A DNA stretch of 64,000 bases from Camelus dromedarius. Its lineage: Eukaryota. This document shows positions 1 through 11,939 of this stretch, piece by piece. Numbering within the stretch: the stretch's first letter is position 1; every line of letters begins with the position of its first letter. The translations under genes were made by a program, and so were the position numbers. The stretch covers positions 57,910,001 through 57,974,000 of the forward strand of contig NC_087436.1 of the NCBI RefSeq assembly GCF_036321535.1. The letters run 5' to 3'. The notes beneath the pieces are model-generated. The model ran no database searches. It was given only the letters and a program-made list of their open reading frames with translations, and was not told the origin of the DNA.

Positions 1-1128
1 CTGGGAGTTTGGTTTAGCATGCTCATTCCTGCACACACGATTCACTCAGACCTGCAGTATGAGTTACAGTGAGGTTAGCTGAATGCTAGTAAGTTATGAC
101 TCCAGTTTCTGTGTAGGTAAATTACTATTACTCTTTTCCAAAGTTATGGTTATATCCATAAGATACTAGCCCCAACAAAAAAAGTTGAACAGTAACCTAT
201 CACCATCGAGTCTTCAAATGCAGAATACAAAGGGCAGAATATTGCTATTAGAGGTACTGTAGAAACATAAACAGAATGGTGAATGGTCAGGTAGCAATGG
301 ATAGAAGGCATTCTGAGTATCATGAGCAAATTCTGGTTGGCATTTTCCAGAATACAATGGACGGAGATAAACTTTTACTGAAATATTATTAATAAATAAA
401 GTATACTTAAAATGAACTTCGAATAAATGGAAAACTGAGACTGATATTTTTATGTAAATAGTTACATACACTTTGATACAAAGAACTGATATGCCAGGAC
501 AGATTGGGTTTAGACAGAAGCAGCTGGGGACACACAGAGGACAATTAACCAAATCTGCTTCTGACAAAAAGAAAAATCTGAATAATATTTTTATAGTTAT
601 TTTTTAAATAAGATTTTTAAAAGCTATCCTTAAAGGTGAGAGACTGAAGATTAAGGATAACTACAATACACATAATTTATTATTTGTAAAAACATTCATA
701 AATATATTTAAAGAGAATTTGTTAACAATTAAATATTACATATTAAAAAATCATCGCATGAGCTCAATTATACTCAACAAATTGATGTTTGTAATTATGA
801 AGGCTATAGTAAAAGTCTCTATCTCAACATTTGAGAAGTAGGTGTTTGCTAATACAGTTAAGATTCTGGTGTACAGAGTGGGAAGAAGCAGATAAGCACT
901 ATTTCTTACTAAGTGACCTATAAAAACGAGTGAATTCTTTCTAGAATTTTTTTTTTTTTGGTCATAGAATAAAACCATTAAATGATTATAAAGATTCTCC
1001 TCAGTTTCAACCTGCTTTTCTTAAAAATCAGAGTAAAAACCTCCACTTAAAATAAAATATGTCCTCTTTAATCCCTCTAATTTTCTTAAACTTCATCTAG
1101 CATATATATAGTTTAAAAAAACATAGTT

Positions 1129-1268
1129 CACAGAGAACTATATTCAGTGGCTTGTAGTAACCTGTAATGAAAAAGAATATGTACATATATATGCATAACT
1201 GAATCACTCTGCTGTTCATTGGAAACTAATACAACACTGTAAGGCAGCTATACTTCAGTTAAAAATGG
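1129..1268 (+). mobile_element. 5'-truncated L1 3' end (~140 bp) with TSD
   Basis: L1 3'UTR-like text (CACAGAGAACTATATTC...ACTGAATCACTCTGCTG...CTATACTTCAGTTAAAAA). Flanked by AAAAAAACATAGT (1115-1127) and AAAAAATACATAGT (1269-1282) at a TT/AAAA site. Confidence 0.8.
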
Positions 1269-1739
1269 AAAAAATACATAGTCAACTATCTTTATTTGAT
1301 TTTTTTGATACTTAGAGTTATATTAAGAGATAATAAAATCTAAGATTAATTTCCAGATAACTATTTTTCAAATTAGTTTGTAATTTTTCTGATTTGTCTT
1401 AATAAAAATCAAAATCAATTTGCAAAAGAATTTTGAATTATATTGTATATATACTTGAAAACTATGTGTTTTTTTTTTTTTTCACTTAAAGCTTTGTGAT
1501 AAATATCTCTACAAATTAAAGGAAAAATTAGGTCAAAGACTTAAAATATCCAATAAGAATTGTGACTAAAACAATAACAGGAAAGAGAAAGAATTAGGTC
1601 AAAGGATGATCTAGCTTTATAGCTAGAACATTGTATCATTCTGCTAAGTAGTGAAATTTTTCTCTGTCCTAATTATATTTGTAAAAATGCATACTAATGG
1701 GAAAATCCATCTCTTTAGCTTTGAATATAACTTTAAGAA

Positions 1740-1797
1740 AACTAATATAACTAAATAATAATAATACAACTAAATAAACAACTAAATATAACTAAAA
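1740..1797. repeat. Degenerate AACTAAATA(T) short tandem repeat
   Basis: About five imperfect AACTAAATA units. Confidence 0.6.
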
Positions 1798-3369
1798 GAA
1801 AACATTTCAAATGGAAAAATGTTCTTGGGAGACAGGCAAAGGACATTTTTAGGGTTGAGAATTACAGATATAATTCAAAACATGGAATATCTCAAACATT
1901 TGTTGTTTGAAATCCAACCTATGATTGAAATTGTCAGGTGGTTCATCAAAATGTCAAGGGCTATCCAATCTGCAAAATTTCTGAATGGAGTTGAGGAGAC
2001 AGTAAATCTTGAATAAAGAATAAGTTTTTCCTGGAGAGCTGAATTAAGTCCTCTTTAGTAAATCAATGGCTGTTTCAATTTATAGAAATCAATAGTGGTT
2101 TTTGAGATGTAGTTTAATAAATTTTAAAAATATACAGGATATAAACACAAAGTAAATGTAAAGACACTAGAGTTTGATGTTGTTGTTGTTATTTCAATAA
2201 AGGTGAAACAAAAGTGCTAGATTACTCCCTCTCTTAAGATATTTTATTTTGGGGAACAAATTATGACATAAAGAGAGTGAAGCCATTGAGCCCTCTAAAT
2301 CATGTAAGTTTAAGAAATAATACAAAATATAGATATAAAGATAATTTGACAAGTTTGCACTTTAGTAGTTGTATGTACGTACATCCAAAGTGGGCAACAA
2401 AAGTCAACACCTAGACTAGTATCACACTCTGAGTTCAAGGAGAAAAACATATCTCTATATGAAGAGGCAAGAAATTTGGTTTATTGTAGGTTTTCTATTC
2501 CATTAATCATTTTCAAAAGTTAATAATGCAAATATTTTACACAAGTTTTAAGGATTATTGATAAGTGTGATATTGAAAAATTCCAATGAGAAATTTAAAA
2601 TCAAAACATAATGGTGATGCTATGCATGCTAGTTATATTTTACTTTTGTAACTAAATTAGAAGGAAAAAAACACTTATAGCTGAGGCAACAAGATCTTAG
2701 TTTAAAATTTTTCTTTAGAAAACCAGTGGATGTATGGGTGGTTTAGTGACGTCTTGAACAAAAGATAAGGTGATTCACTGAAAGTACACATATTGAACGA
2801 ACAATCAGAGCCTCCCTGGAACCATGAAAGAATGTTCACATGGTCATATTAATGATAATCCTGAATAAGAAGTTAGATATAAATGTGTTAAAACTATTTT
2901 GGGAGGAAAGGTAACTTTATGTGAAATAATATATACAATCTAATTCCAGGGTAGTCTGTCAATAGGTCATATCAGTATCTGAAAAACCAAGGAAAAGCAG
3001 TGTGAAAATGTTATTTTAAATATTTGGAAAGTACCAGGAGTGGCTAAAACAAAACAAGTACTAAAGGTTACCTCCAGAGAGTATAAACAGAAAGTAGAGA
3101 GGAATGAGAAAGAAACTTCTGTTGCTCATTATTCATTTTATAAATACTCAAAAAACATTTATTGAGCACATGTGAAATTTTGATAAAAATAAATTTGTAG
3201 AAATTCGTGTAAATTCTTTGATCACACTAGTATAAAAAGGAATTTTTTTTTTGGTTAAATAACCTATATGGAGATAGCCCAAGAAAAATATTTTCTAAAT
3301 AGTTTTGTTAAACATTTGCTCAAACTTACATTAAAGTGTAATTAATATCTATAGTTTTAAAGCCTTTTT

Positions 3370-3620
3370 AAAAATTAATTGAATAAATTTAATGTGTAAC
3401 ATTGTGTAAGTTTGAGACATACAGTGTTACTTTAATATTTTATATACTGTAATATGATGGCTGGTGTACTAATATTTACATAATCATAGTACAATATTAT
3501 CTATATTCATTAGACTGTACATTAGATATCTATGGTTTATTTACTACTTGTTATAACTTTGTACCTTAAACACCATCACTCGTATTCCCTGACCCCCATT
3601 CCCTGGTAACTGCCATTTTC
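3370..3620 (-). mobile_element. Old L1 (L1MA-like) 3' end, first piece of an interrupted element
   Basis: Antisense L1 3'UTR motifs (AACATTGTGTAAGTTT...CCCTGGTAACTGCCATT). The same element resumes at about 5963. Confidence 0.75.
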
Positions 3621-3667
3621 TTCCTTTCTTTTTTTTTTTTTTTTTTTTAAAGTATAAGCAGTTTACA

Positions 3668-4794
3668 GCCCTGCTCACCAGAGGGCCAGGACTAAGCTCC
3701 ACCCAGCAGTGGGCAGGCACTATTTCCTCCTGCCAGGAAACTTGCATAAGCCTCTAGTTCAGCCTCATCTACCAGGGGGAAGAGACCAGAAATAAGAAAA
3801 CAACAATCCCAAAGCTTGTGGAAGGAATCTGCAAAGGCAGGCCAGACTCTACCCTGGGACCGGCTGGACCTTGGCCCTTGGAGGACAAGAGAGAAGTGCA
3901 CTGCTGGGATGCACAGGATGTCTCCCAAAGAAGGCCACTTCTCCAAGGTCGAGAAATATAACTAACCCACCTGAAAATACAAATAGAAACTTAGACAGCA
4001 TGAGGTGGCAGAGGAATATCTTCCAGGCCAAGGCACAAGGTAAAATCCGAGAAGAAATAAATGATGAGGAGATAGGCAATCTATCCAAGAAAGAGTTTAG
4101 AGTAGTGATGGTGAAGGTGTTCAGAGAAGTCAGGAGGAGTACAGATGCACAGAGGGAAGTTTTTAGCAAAGAGTTTGAAAATACTAAGAATACCTAAACA
4201 GAGTTGAAGAATAAAATTACTGAAATGAATAGCACACTAGAAGGAACTAAGAATAGACTAAATGAGGCAGAAGAAAAGATCAGTGAGCTAAAAGACAGAT
4301 CAGAAAAAAGAAAAAAAGAATAAACAGAAATAAATAGTTTAAGAGAATTCAGGGACAACATGAAGTGCACTAGTATTTGCATTATAGAGGTCCCAGACAG
4401 AGAAGAGAAAGAGAAAGAGCTTGAGAAAATATTTGAAGATATACTAACTGTAAAATTCCCTAACTTGGGAAAGGAAACAGTCACCCAAGTCCAGAAGTGA
4501 AGAGTTCCACACAGAATTAACTCAAAGAGGTTAACAATGAGGCACACAGTAATCAAATTAACAAAAATTAAGGGTAAGGAGAAAATACTAAAATCAGCAA
4601 GAGAAAAGCAACAAATAACATACAAGGGAACTTCCATAAGGTTATCAGCTGATTTTTCAGCAGGAACCCTATAGGACAGAAGAGAGTGGCACAATATATT
4701 TAAAGTGATGAAAGGGAAAAACTTACAGCCAAGAATGCTCTAACCAGCAAGGCTCTCATTCAGATTTGATGGAGAAATGAAAAGCTTCACAGGT
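3668..4794 (+). mobile_element. L1 fragment: end of 5'UTR plus most of ORF1, no 3' end
   Basis: GC-richer UTR followed by an ORF1 start at 4000. Flanked by a 14/18 direct repeat (3650-3667 and 4795-4812). Confidence 0.85.
4000..4794 (+). pseudogene. Disrupted L1 ORF1p (coiled coil and RRM region)
   Basis: MRWQRNIFQAK...EIGNLSKKEFRVVMVK...TELKNKITEMNSTLEG...RLNEAEEKISELKDR, followed by ORF1-typical DNA (ATAAGGTTATCAGCTGATTTTTCAGCAG). In-frame stop at 4195-4197 and further disruptions. Confidence 0.85.
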
Positions 4795-4853
4795 AAGTAC
4801 AGTCAGTTTATAATGTGTCAATTTTTGGTGTACAGAATAATGTTTCAGTTTTT

Positions 4854-4858
<5 letters not shown>

Positions 4859-4891
<33 letters not shown>

Positions 4892-4905
4892 TACATACAC
4901 ACACA
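4859..4905. repeat. (CA)n microsatellite inside L1 3'UTR
   Basis: About 15 AC units plus a degenerate tail. Confidence 0.95.
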
Positions 4906-5962
4906 TATTCATTTTCATATTCTTTTTCATTATAGGTTACTACAAGATAATGAATATAGTTCCCTGTGCTATACAGAAGAAACTTGTTGTTTATCTATTA
5001 CATATATAATAGTATCTGCAAATCTCAAACCCCAATTTATCACTTTCCACCTCCTTCCCCTCCTGGTAACCATACGTTTGTTTTCTACGTCTGTGAGTCT
5101 GTTTCTGTTTTGTAAATAAGTTCATTTGTGTCATTTTTTTAGATTCCACGTATAAGTAATATCATATGGTATTTTTCTTTCTTTTTCTGGCTTACTTCAC
5201 TTAGTATGACAATCTTCAGGTCCGTTCATTTTGTTGCAAATGGCATTATTTTATTCTTTTTTATGGCTGAGTAGTATTTCATTGTGTAAATATACCACAG
5301 CTTCTTTATCCAATCATCTGTTGATGGACATACAGGTTGTTTCCATGTCTTGGCTATTGTATACAGTGCTGCTATGAACATTAAGGTGCATGTATCTTTT
5401 CCAATTAGAGTTCCCTCCAGATGTATGCCCAGGAGTGGGATTGCTAAGTCATATGGTAAGTCTATTTTTAGTTTTTTGAGGAATCTCCATACTGTTTTCC
5501 ATAATGGCTGCACCAAACTGCATTCCCACCAACAGTGTAGGAGGGTTCCCTTTTCTCAACAAACTCTCCAGTATTTATCGTTGTGGACTTTTTAATGATG
5601 GCCATTCTCACTACAGATTTGATTTGCATTTCTCTGATAATTAGTGATATTGAGCATTTTTTCATGTGCCTATTAACTTAGCAATGTTCTCCTAGGGCAG
5701 TCTATCCAGGCAATAGAAATAAAAGCAAAAATAAACAAACAGGACCTAATTAAACTTACAATCTTCTGCATAGCAAAGGAAACCATAAGCAAAACAAAAA
5801 CACAACCTATGGAATGGGAGAAAATATCTGCAAATGATGTAACTGACAAGGGCTTAATTTCCAGAATATAAGCATTTCATACAGCTTAATAACAGGAAAA
5901 CAAATAACCCAATCCAAAAATAGGCAGAAGACGTAAACAAGCAATTCCCCAATGAAGACATA

Positions 5963-7198
5963 CCCTATTTTTTATAAGTTTAACTTTCTTAGATTCAACA
6001 TTTAAGTGATATCATACAGTACTTGATTTTCTCTGTCTGACTTAGTTCATGTAGCATAATATGCTCAAAATTGTGCTTTTGTTTTGGCATCATGTCCCCA
6101 AAATTATTGCAAAGATCAATATTGATGAGCTTAGTGTTCAAGCTTCTTTCTTGGAGTTTTTAGCGAATCAGGTCTTCTGTTCAAGTCTTTGATCCATTTT
6201 GAGTTACTTTTCGTGAGTGGTGTGAGATAGGGGTCCAATTTCATTGTTCTGTGTGTTTCTCCAGTTTTCCCAGCATCTATTGATAAAGAGATAATCCCTT
6301 TCTCATGGGGTATTCTTGGTGCCCTTTTCAAATGTTAGTTGACTGTATATAGCAGGGTTTAATTCTGGGCTTTCTGTTCTGTTCCATTGTTCAATGTGTC
6401 TATTTTTGTGCCAGTACCATACTGCTTTTATTACTACTGTTTTGTAGTATAGTTTGAAACTGAGAAGAATGTTACCTCCAGTTTTGTTCCTTTTTTTTTT
6501 TCAGCATTGCTTCAGCTGTTTGGGGTCTTTTGTGTAACCAAAAAATTCTACCATTGTTTCTTCTATTTCTGTGAAGAACTTTGGTATTTTAATGGGGACT
6601 GCATTGAATCTGTAGATGGATTTGGGTAGTATGGTCATTTTAACAATATTAACTCTTCAGATCCATAAACATGGGATATCTTTCCTTTTGTTTGTGCCTT
6701 TCTCAATTTCTTTAAGTAAACTTTTGTAGCTTTTATTATATATGTTTTGACTTCCTTAGTTGAAATTATTCCTAAATATTTTATTGTTATTAATGCTATT
6801 ATGAATGGGATGGTTTTATTTCTTTTACAGATGCTTTCTGATTAGTGTAAAGGAATGTAACTGATTTTTATATTGATTTTGTATACTGCCACTTTATAGA
6901 AATCATTAATTCCAACAGTTTTTTGACTTATTCTTCAGGACTTTCTTTATATAGGATCATATCACCAGCAAATAACAATAATTTTTTTCTTCCTTTCTAA
7001 TCTGGATGATTTTTACTGCTGGGCTGGCTGCCACCTTCTCTGCCATCACTGCCTTTACCACCACATCCCTTGCTTCATAACCTCTTTGGTGTCCAATCAA
7101 TTCACTTACTTTTGGGTGCTATGATGGATGAATCTTTCAGGTGTTCTGGTATGCTGTACAGAAAAAAACTTCTTTTTTGTTTTTTGGTTATGGATGTC
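5963..7198 (-). mobile_element. Old L1 continued: 3'UTR/ORF2 pieces, then a 5'UTR-like segment
   Basis: Antisense ORF2 (ORF 6131-6331 [57 protein letters not shown]). Composition switches to 5'UTR-like sequence near 7017. Confidence 0.8.
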
Positions 7199-7770
7199 TG
7201 TGGGAGCCCAGGATTGGGTTAACAAATTGTAACAGACCCCAGCTGCCTGTCACCTTTAAGAAGAACAAATGTGCTTAGTAACTGCTTTGCTAGCAGGCGC
7301 CTGTGCATCCGCACTCCGGTCTCCTTGCCTTAAAAAGCAGAGACAATGCCTTGCTTGCATAGTTGAGGTTTTAGATAGCACTCTGCTTGTCCAGCTATAA
7401 ACGCTGGACGTGCCTACTGTTAGATAGTCTTCTAACCCCAAAACAAGGAACTGGCTGGTCTCATGGTCTGCTCTAAGATATCTATAAGAATGTATCTTGT
7501 TCCCCTCTGCCCATGACTTCCCTAAAGATAAACTAAGCCCTTGTACTCACTGTGATTTCTACAATCTCAAATCCCCTCTTGTCTTTCCCTAAATTCCTGC
7601 ATTCCATCACACAACTGTTAGTGATTTTTCCTTTGATTGTACACAACAAATGTGGGAACATTTGAGATCCTCCGTGAGTTGTTCCCCAACTCTCTCTCAC
7701 TCTCTTGACTTTCCACAGTCTCGAGTAATTCATTCCGTCTTGGTAGGACTTCTGCCAGTCAGAACCTACA
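7199..7770. mobile_element. Solo LTR, probably class II (beta-like) ERV, with 6-bp TSD
   Basis: Termini TGTGGG...CCTACA. Perfect GATGTC duplication at 7193-7198 and 7771-7776. Confidence 0.8.
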
Positions 7771-7846
7771 GATGTCCAGTTTGTTGTAAATCAAAGAGGA
7801 GAGAAAAAGGGAACAACTCGTGTCACCATGATGTTGATGTCACTCC
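7771..7846 (-). mobile_element. Extreme 5' end of the old L1
   Basis: Reverse complement reads GGAGTGACATCAACATCATGGTG, resembling the L1M start GAGTGACGTCAGCAAGATGGCG. Confidence 0.55.
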
Positions 7847-9159
7847 TCACCTGTTATCTTTTCAAAGTACCAGAATTCACGTTTGAATTCCAGATCTTCA
7901 ATATATCCCTCATAATATGAAAGGAAAGCATTATCGGCTCCTCTGCTTCTGACTTTGTCATGTGTCTATAGATTAAAAATCAATCTGCCTGTCTGTAATC
8001 AATTATAACTGTGATACCATAGAGAGAATGTTTATTATTTTCTTGCTGCTATTATTATCTTCTTTAGGAACAATGACATTCCCCACAGTAGATCAAAGAT
8101 CTTTGGGGAATGACTATTCTATCAAAGGAGACCCTTTTGAAATTCACAGTGACCAAATGACAAAAAAATTTTTTTATACAGAGAGGACTTTAAAAAGTAA
8201 AACAAAAGCTCTTTTGAAATTTTTCCTTGAAATCTACTTCTACATGGAGACTTTGATTCAAAATAAATACAGAGGCATATCAAAATCCACTGAAGCTAAC
8301 AGTATAAACGAATCAAATGTGTCTTTTCTTCAAACATGCTATACTTCCTATAAGTATCTATGAATCTTTTCTTAATACTAAGTTGAATGAAAACTGGATT
8401 ACTAAAAGTAAAACTGCGTTTTCCCAGCATGTTGCAGTATCTGCAAACAAGTACCAAGGAGATTTGTTACTTTCAGTAATACGTTCAGCTCCAAAGATTT
8501 GAGAAATTTATGAAAATATACCTGTGAGGTCTTCTTTAAGAGATAATATGACTAAGTTGAATGGATCCTGTTGACTGCAGAGAAGCAGAATTACAACTTA
8601 CATGAGGAAAGACAATGCATATCCAAAGTTAAAGCCAAAGTAGTAGGGACCTCAAACCCTTGGCTGAATGTACAAGGACACAGCCAGTAGATGCATCACT
8701 TAGGTGAATCTCAGCGATGCTGTTCACTGCTATCCTTTAATTGTTACGGAGTGTGCCTTCATACACAGCCAGAGCCAAGCAAAGCCATTCTATACCACTT
8801 ACTGAGCACCTAAAATGTGCTGGGCTGATTTCATCACTCTCCCAGAACCTGCCTTTCTCATTCCTAGCTATGCATTTCTGTTTAACAGTGTCTCCCTTCT
8901 GGAATACTTTTAACCTTTTTTCCCCCTCCTATCGAAGCAATGACCCATTTTCTTACAATGAACATCTCTGTTGAATTTTGGGGGGGGAAGTCTTCACTTC
9001 CCCACCCAGTCACCACTGCTTTTCTAATTTCCCTCTGGCCAGTAACACAAACTATGCACCTAGGCACTTACTGTGCACATCTAGGAACTGCTGCTTACGT
9101 TTTGTATGAGGAGTGGTACAAGGACCACGTAAACCACACGGACTTAAATATCATTTCTG

Positions 9160-9350
9160 ATTTTAAATTTCACCTGCACACTACCTTATCTGATGAATCT
9201 GAACAAATTCTCAGCATCTCTCAGACTAATGTGTTCTTATTTGTAAACTGGGAATAATGCCAACTTCCCTGAGGGGCCCCATGGATTAACTGATACAGTT
9301 TCTATCTCCTCTGTTCAGTGCCTGACACATGATAGTATGAGACAAATGTT
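9160..9350 (+). mobile_element. MIR SINE remnant
   Basis: Core TTCTTATTTGTAAACTGGGAATAAT and tail CAGTGCCTGACACAT. Confidence 0.65.
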
Positions 9351-9369
9351 TGGTCCTTTTAATTCCTGG

Positions 9370-9485
9370 CTAAATTATAAAATCCTGGAAGACAGAGAAT
9401 TGCCTTACTTTACCGTCTCCTGTTCAGTATCTGGCAGTAATTAAGTACCTTGTGGGCACTTACTAAGTACTTGTTTGAATGAATG
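9370..9485 (+). mobile_element. L2 3' end remnant
   Basis: TAAAATCCTGGAAGACAGAGA...AAGTACTTGTTTGAATGAATG. Confidence 0.55.
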
Positions 9486-10039
9486 TATCAGCTGGGTGCC
9501 ATGAGGAATCCCTAATGGGCCTTCTATTGAGTGCTCTCAGCAGCTACAGGGACTCTTCAGATGTCTTAGAACAAATCCATCATAAAGAAAACATCTATTG
9601 ATTGAGGGTTAGTACCATCATTTTTTCAGTATTGAGGAAAACATGTTTATGTCTTTAAAGGGGGCAATAAAATCATTATTTTGACCTCATGATACATTGT
9701 TTGGTACTATATTCAATATAAACTTCACAGACACATAAAAGGGAAAAATAAAACTATAAATGAAAGGTGCAAATGTTTTGCAAGGTTGCAGATTCTCCTC
9801 TACTAATTTTCCTACATGGAGCATGCTGTTACCCAGTTTCCTTATTAGTAAATTGGAAACTTATGAAGATTGAGATATTTTAAATATATGCAGTTATATC
9901 TCAGGCAACAAACTTTCAGAAATCCGTGGCTCTTTACATAAGGCATCCAGTTTATCTTATTTTCCTCATTTATCATTTTAGTTTAAATCTGCTCAATTAA
10001 TGAGTAGAAGACCCTGTGGAATGCAGGTAATTTACGGGG

Positions 10040-10230
10040 CTAGTGTAGGGCTCCTTGAATTTATGCATGCTTCAAAATCACCTGGAGGGCTCAGCAAATA
10101 CAGATTGTTGGGCCCCACCCCCAGAGTCTCTAACTCGGCAGAATTGAGTGGGGTCCAAGAATTTGCACTTCCTACAGTTTCCCAGGTGATAATGATGCTA
10201 CTGATTCAGGAACCACACTTTAAGAACCAC
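10040..10230. mobile_element. MER5A-like hAT-Charlie MITE
   Basis: AATCACCTGGAGGGCT...GGGCCCCACCCCCAGAG...GAATTTGCAC...CCCAGGTGAT...CACACTTTAAGAACCAC. Confidence 0.8.
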
Positions 10231-11283
10231 CATAACAAAAAATGATGAAGATATAGATAAAACAAACCATCTTCTCTAGAAGGAGCTACGTTTTGACAAC
10301 AATTCTAAAGCACAAAACTGTTTACAAGGACAGTGACATCTAGATGGAGAACTTGGACTTTCTGATAATTCGAATATTTGAAGATCCAGATTTAAGTAAC
10401 CATTTCCACAGAATATTCAGACTGTAGTAAACTTGAAAAATATGCCTTCAGGTGTATTTTTAAAACCGTTTTGACTTCTGATAATGTAGCATTAGCTTCA
10501 AATTCCTGTCTCTTTCTACATAAGTGGAGTACAGAGAAAGTTAAATTTAAAGTTAATTAATAGTTGCCGAGATGACTATTTTTAATTGCCCTCTTCTAAT
10601 TTGATCAGTTATACATCTGAATTGATAATGCAGTCTATTTTAAGTATAATAGAATATAGTTTGCCTAAGTAAGTATCTTTTCACACATAAAAATCACACA
10701 TTAAGAGTTTTAAATTAGATTTTTTTTAAGTTCATGGAATGTGCTATAGAGGCACAACAGCATTAGATATTCTCAGAAAAAAAGCTGTTAAAGTGATCTA
10801 CACAGCAAGTTCAATGAAAAAATAGACTGACAATTTTAAGAGGAACCGAAATAAGCCTATGAGGTAGTTTAATTAATCCACATTTTTAAAAAACACATTT
10901 TAGATGTCAGGTATACATCTTAAGTACTGAAAATATAAAGCTCACTTTGACCTTGAATGGGAATTGATTTTCCATTTGAATTCTAAAATGACAGATCGAA
11001 TAGAAAGTTTATTTTGACAAGGCTTTGAAATACCTGTGGTAAAATACATTGAACTCCTTTTTTCTGAGCTTACTTCTTGAAAAGCTCATGGGCAATCATA
11101 TTTTGTAAATACTGGATATAACTATGTTCTTTCACAGGCTTGTTAAGATGAACATAGGTTTCTTAAAATAAATTAACAAATCAATTCATGAGTTCCCCAG
11201 ATACTCACTCAGCATCTTTACATGTGCAAGTACTGTTCTAGGCACTGTATCTACAACAAAGGTTTGGACAAACCCAAACCTCA

Positions 11284-11856
11284 TGCATTAAGTTTTCTAT
11301 TGCCGGCCTAGCAGATTACCCACAGATTCAGTGGCTTAAACAACAAAAATCTTATAGTTTTGGAGGTAAAAAGTCTAACACAGTTCTCACAAGGATAAAA
11401 TCAAAAAGTTGGTAGGACACTAGGAAGGATCAGTTTTCTTCTCTTCTAGGTTATTGGTAAAATGCAGCTCCTTGTGGTTTTAGGACTGACAGCCTCATTT
11501 TTTTGCTGATGGTCAGCTGAACCCTGTTCTCAGCTTCTGCACTCCTTGGCCTGAGGCTCCCTCCTTCATTTTCAAAGTCAGCAATGTCAAATCAAGATCT
11601 CTCCAGCTTTTATTCTCTCCTGTCTTTTCCTGTCTCATCTCTCTGACCCAGCCAGGAAAGTTTCTGCTTTGAAGGCCTCATATGATTATACTGGGCCCAC
11701 ACAGACAATCCAGGATAATCTCCCCATCTCAATGTCTTTACTCTTAATCACTTCTGCAAAGTCTGTCTTGCCATGTAAGGTAACATATTCACAGGTTCAA
11801 AAGATCAGGACATGTACATCTTGGCAGGGTTGAGGGGCATAATCCTGCTTACTATA
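11284..11856 (-). mobile_element. MaLR solo LTR (MLT1D/E-like)
   Basis: TGCATTAAGTTTTCTATTGC...AGTGGCTTAAACAAC...CAATCCAGGATAATCTCCCCATCTCA...CTGCTTACTATA. TSD CCTCA/ACTCA. Confidence 0.85.
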
Positions 11857-11939
11857 ACTCATACAGCTTACATTCTGGTGGCAGAGTTAAACAATAAAAA
11901 ACAAATAAATGTGAAGTTTCAAGTAATGGGAAGAGAAGT

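Larger units (their letters stand above)
3629..5962 (-). mobile_element. Younger L1 3' end with poly(A) and 5' inversion, split by an inserted L1 fragment
   Basis: Poly(T) at 3629-3648. Antisense 3'UTR/ORF2 end at 4795-5674, where ORF 5226-5516 reads [21 protein letters not shown] (ORF2p C-terminus). Sense-orientation ORF2 piece at 5675-5962. Confidence 0.85.

Noticed and set aside
197..256. Possible 60-bp minus-strand exon (acceptor TTTCTACAG, frame PLIAIFCPLYSAFEDSMVI)
   Set aside because: Weak donor (GTTACT), unrecognised peptide and no supporting neighbouring exons.
4194..4694. 166-aa minus-strand ORF, the longest in the track
   Set aside because: It is the antisense reading of A-rich L1 ORF1 DNA, which gives spurious hydrophobic F/S/L-rich ORFs.
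5226..5665. ORFs resembling known proteins
   Set aside because: They are short decayed L1 ORF2 C-terminal fragments, not host genes.
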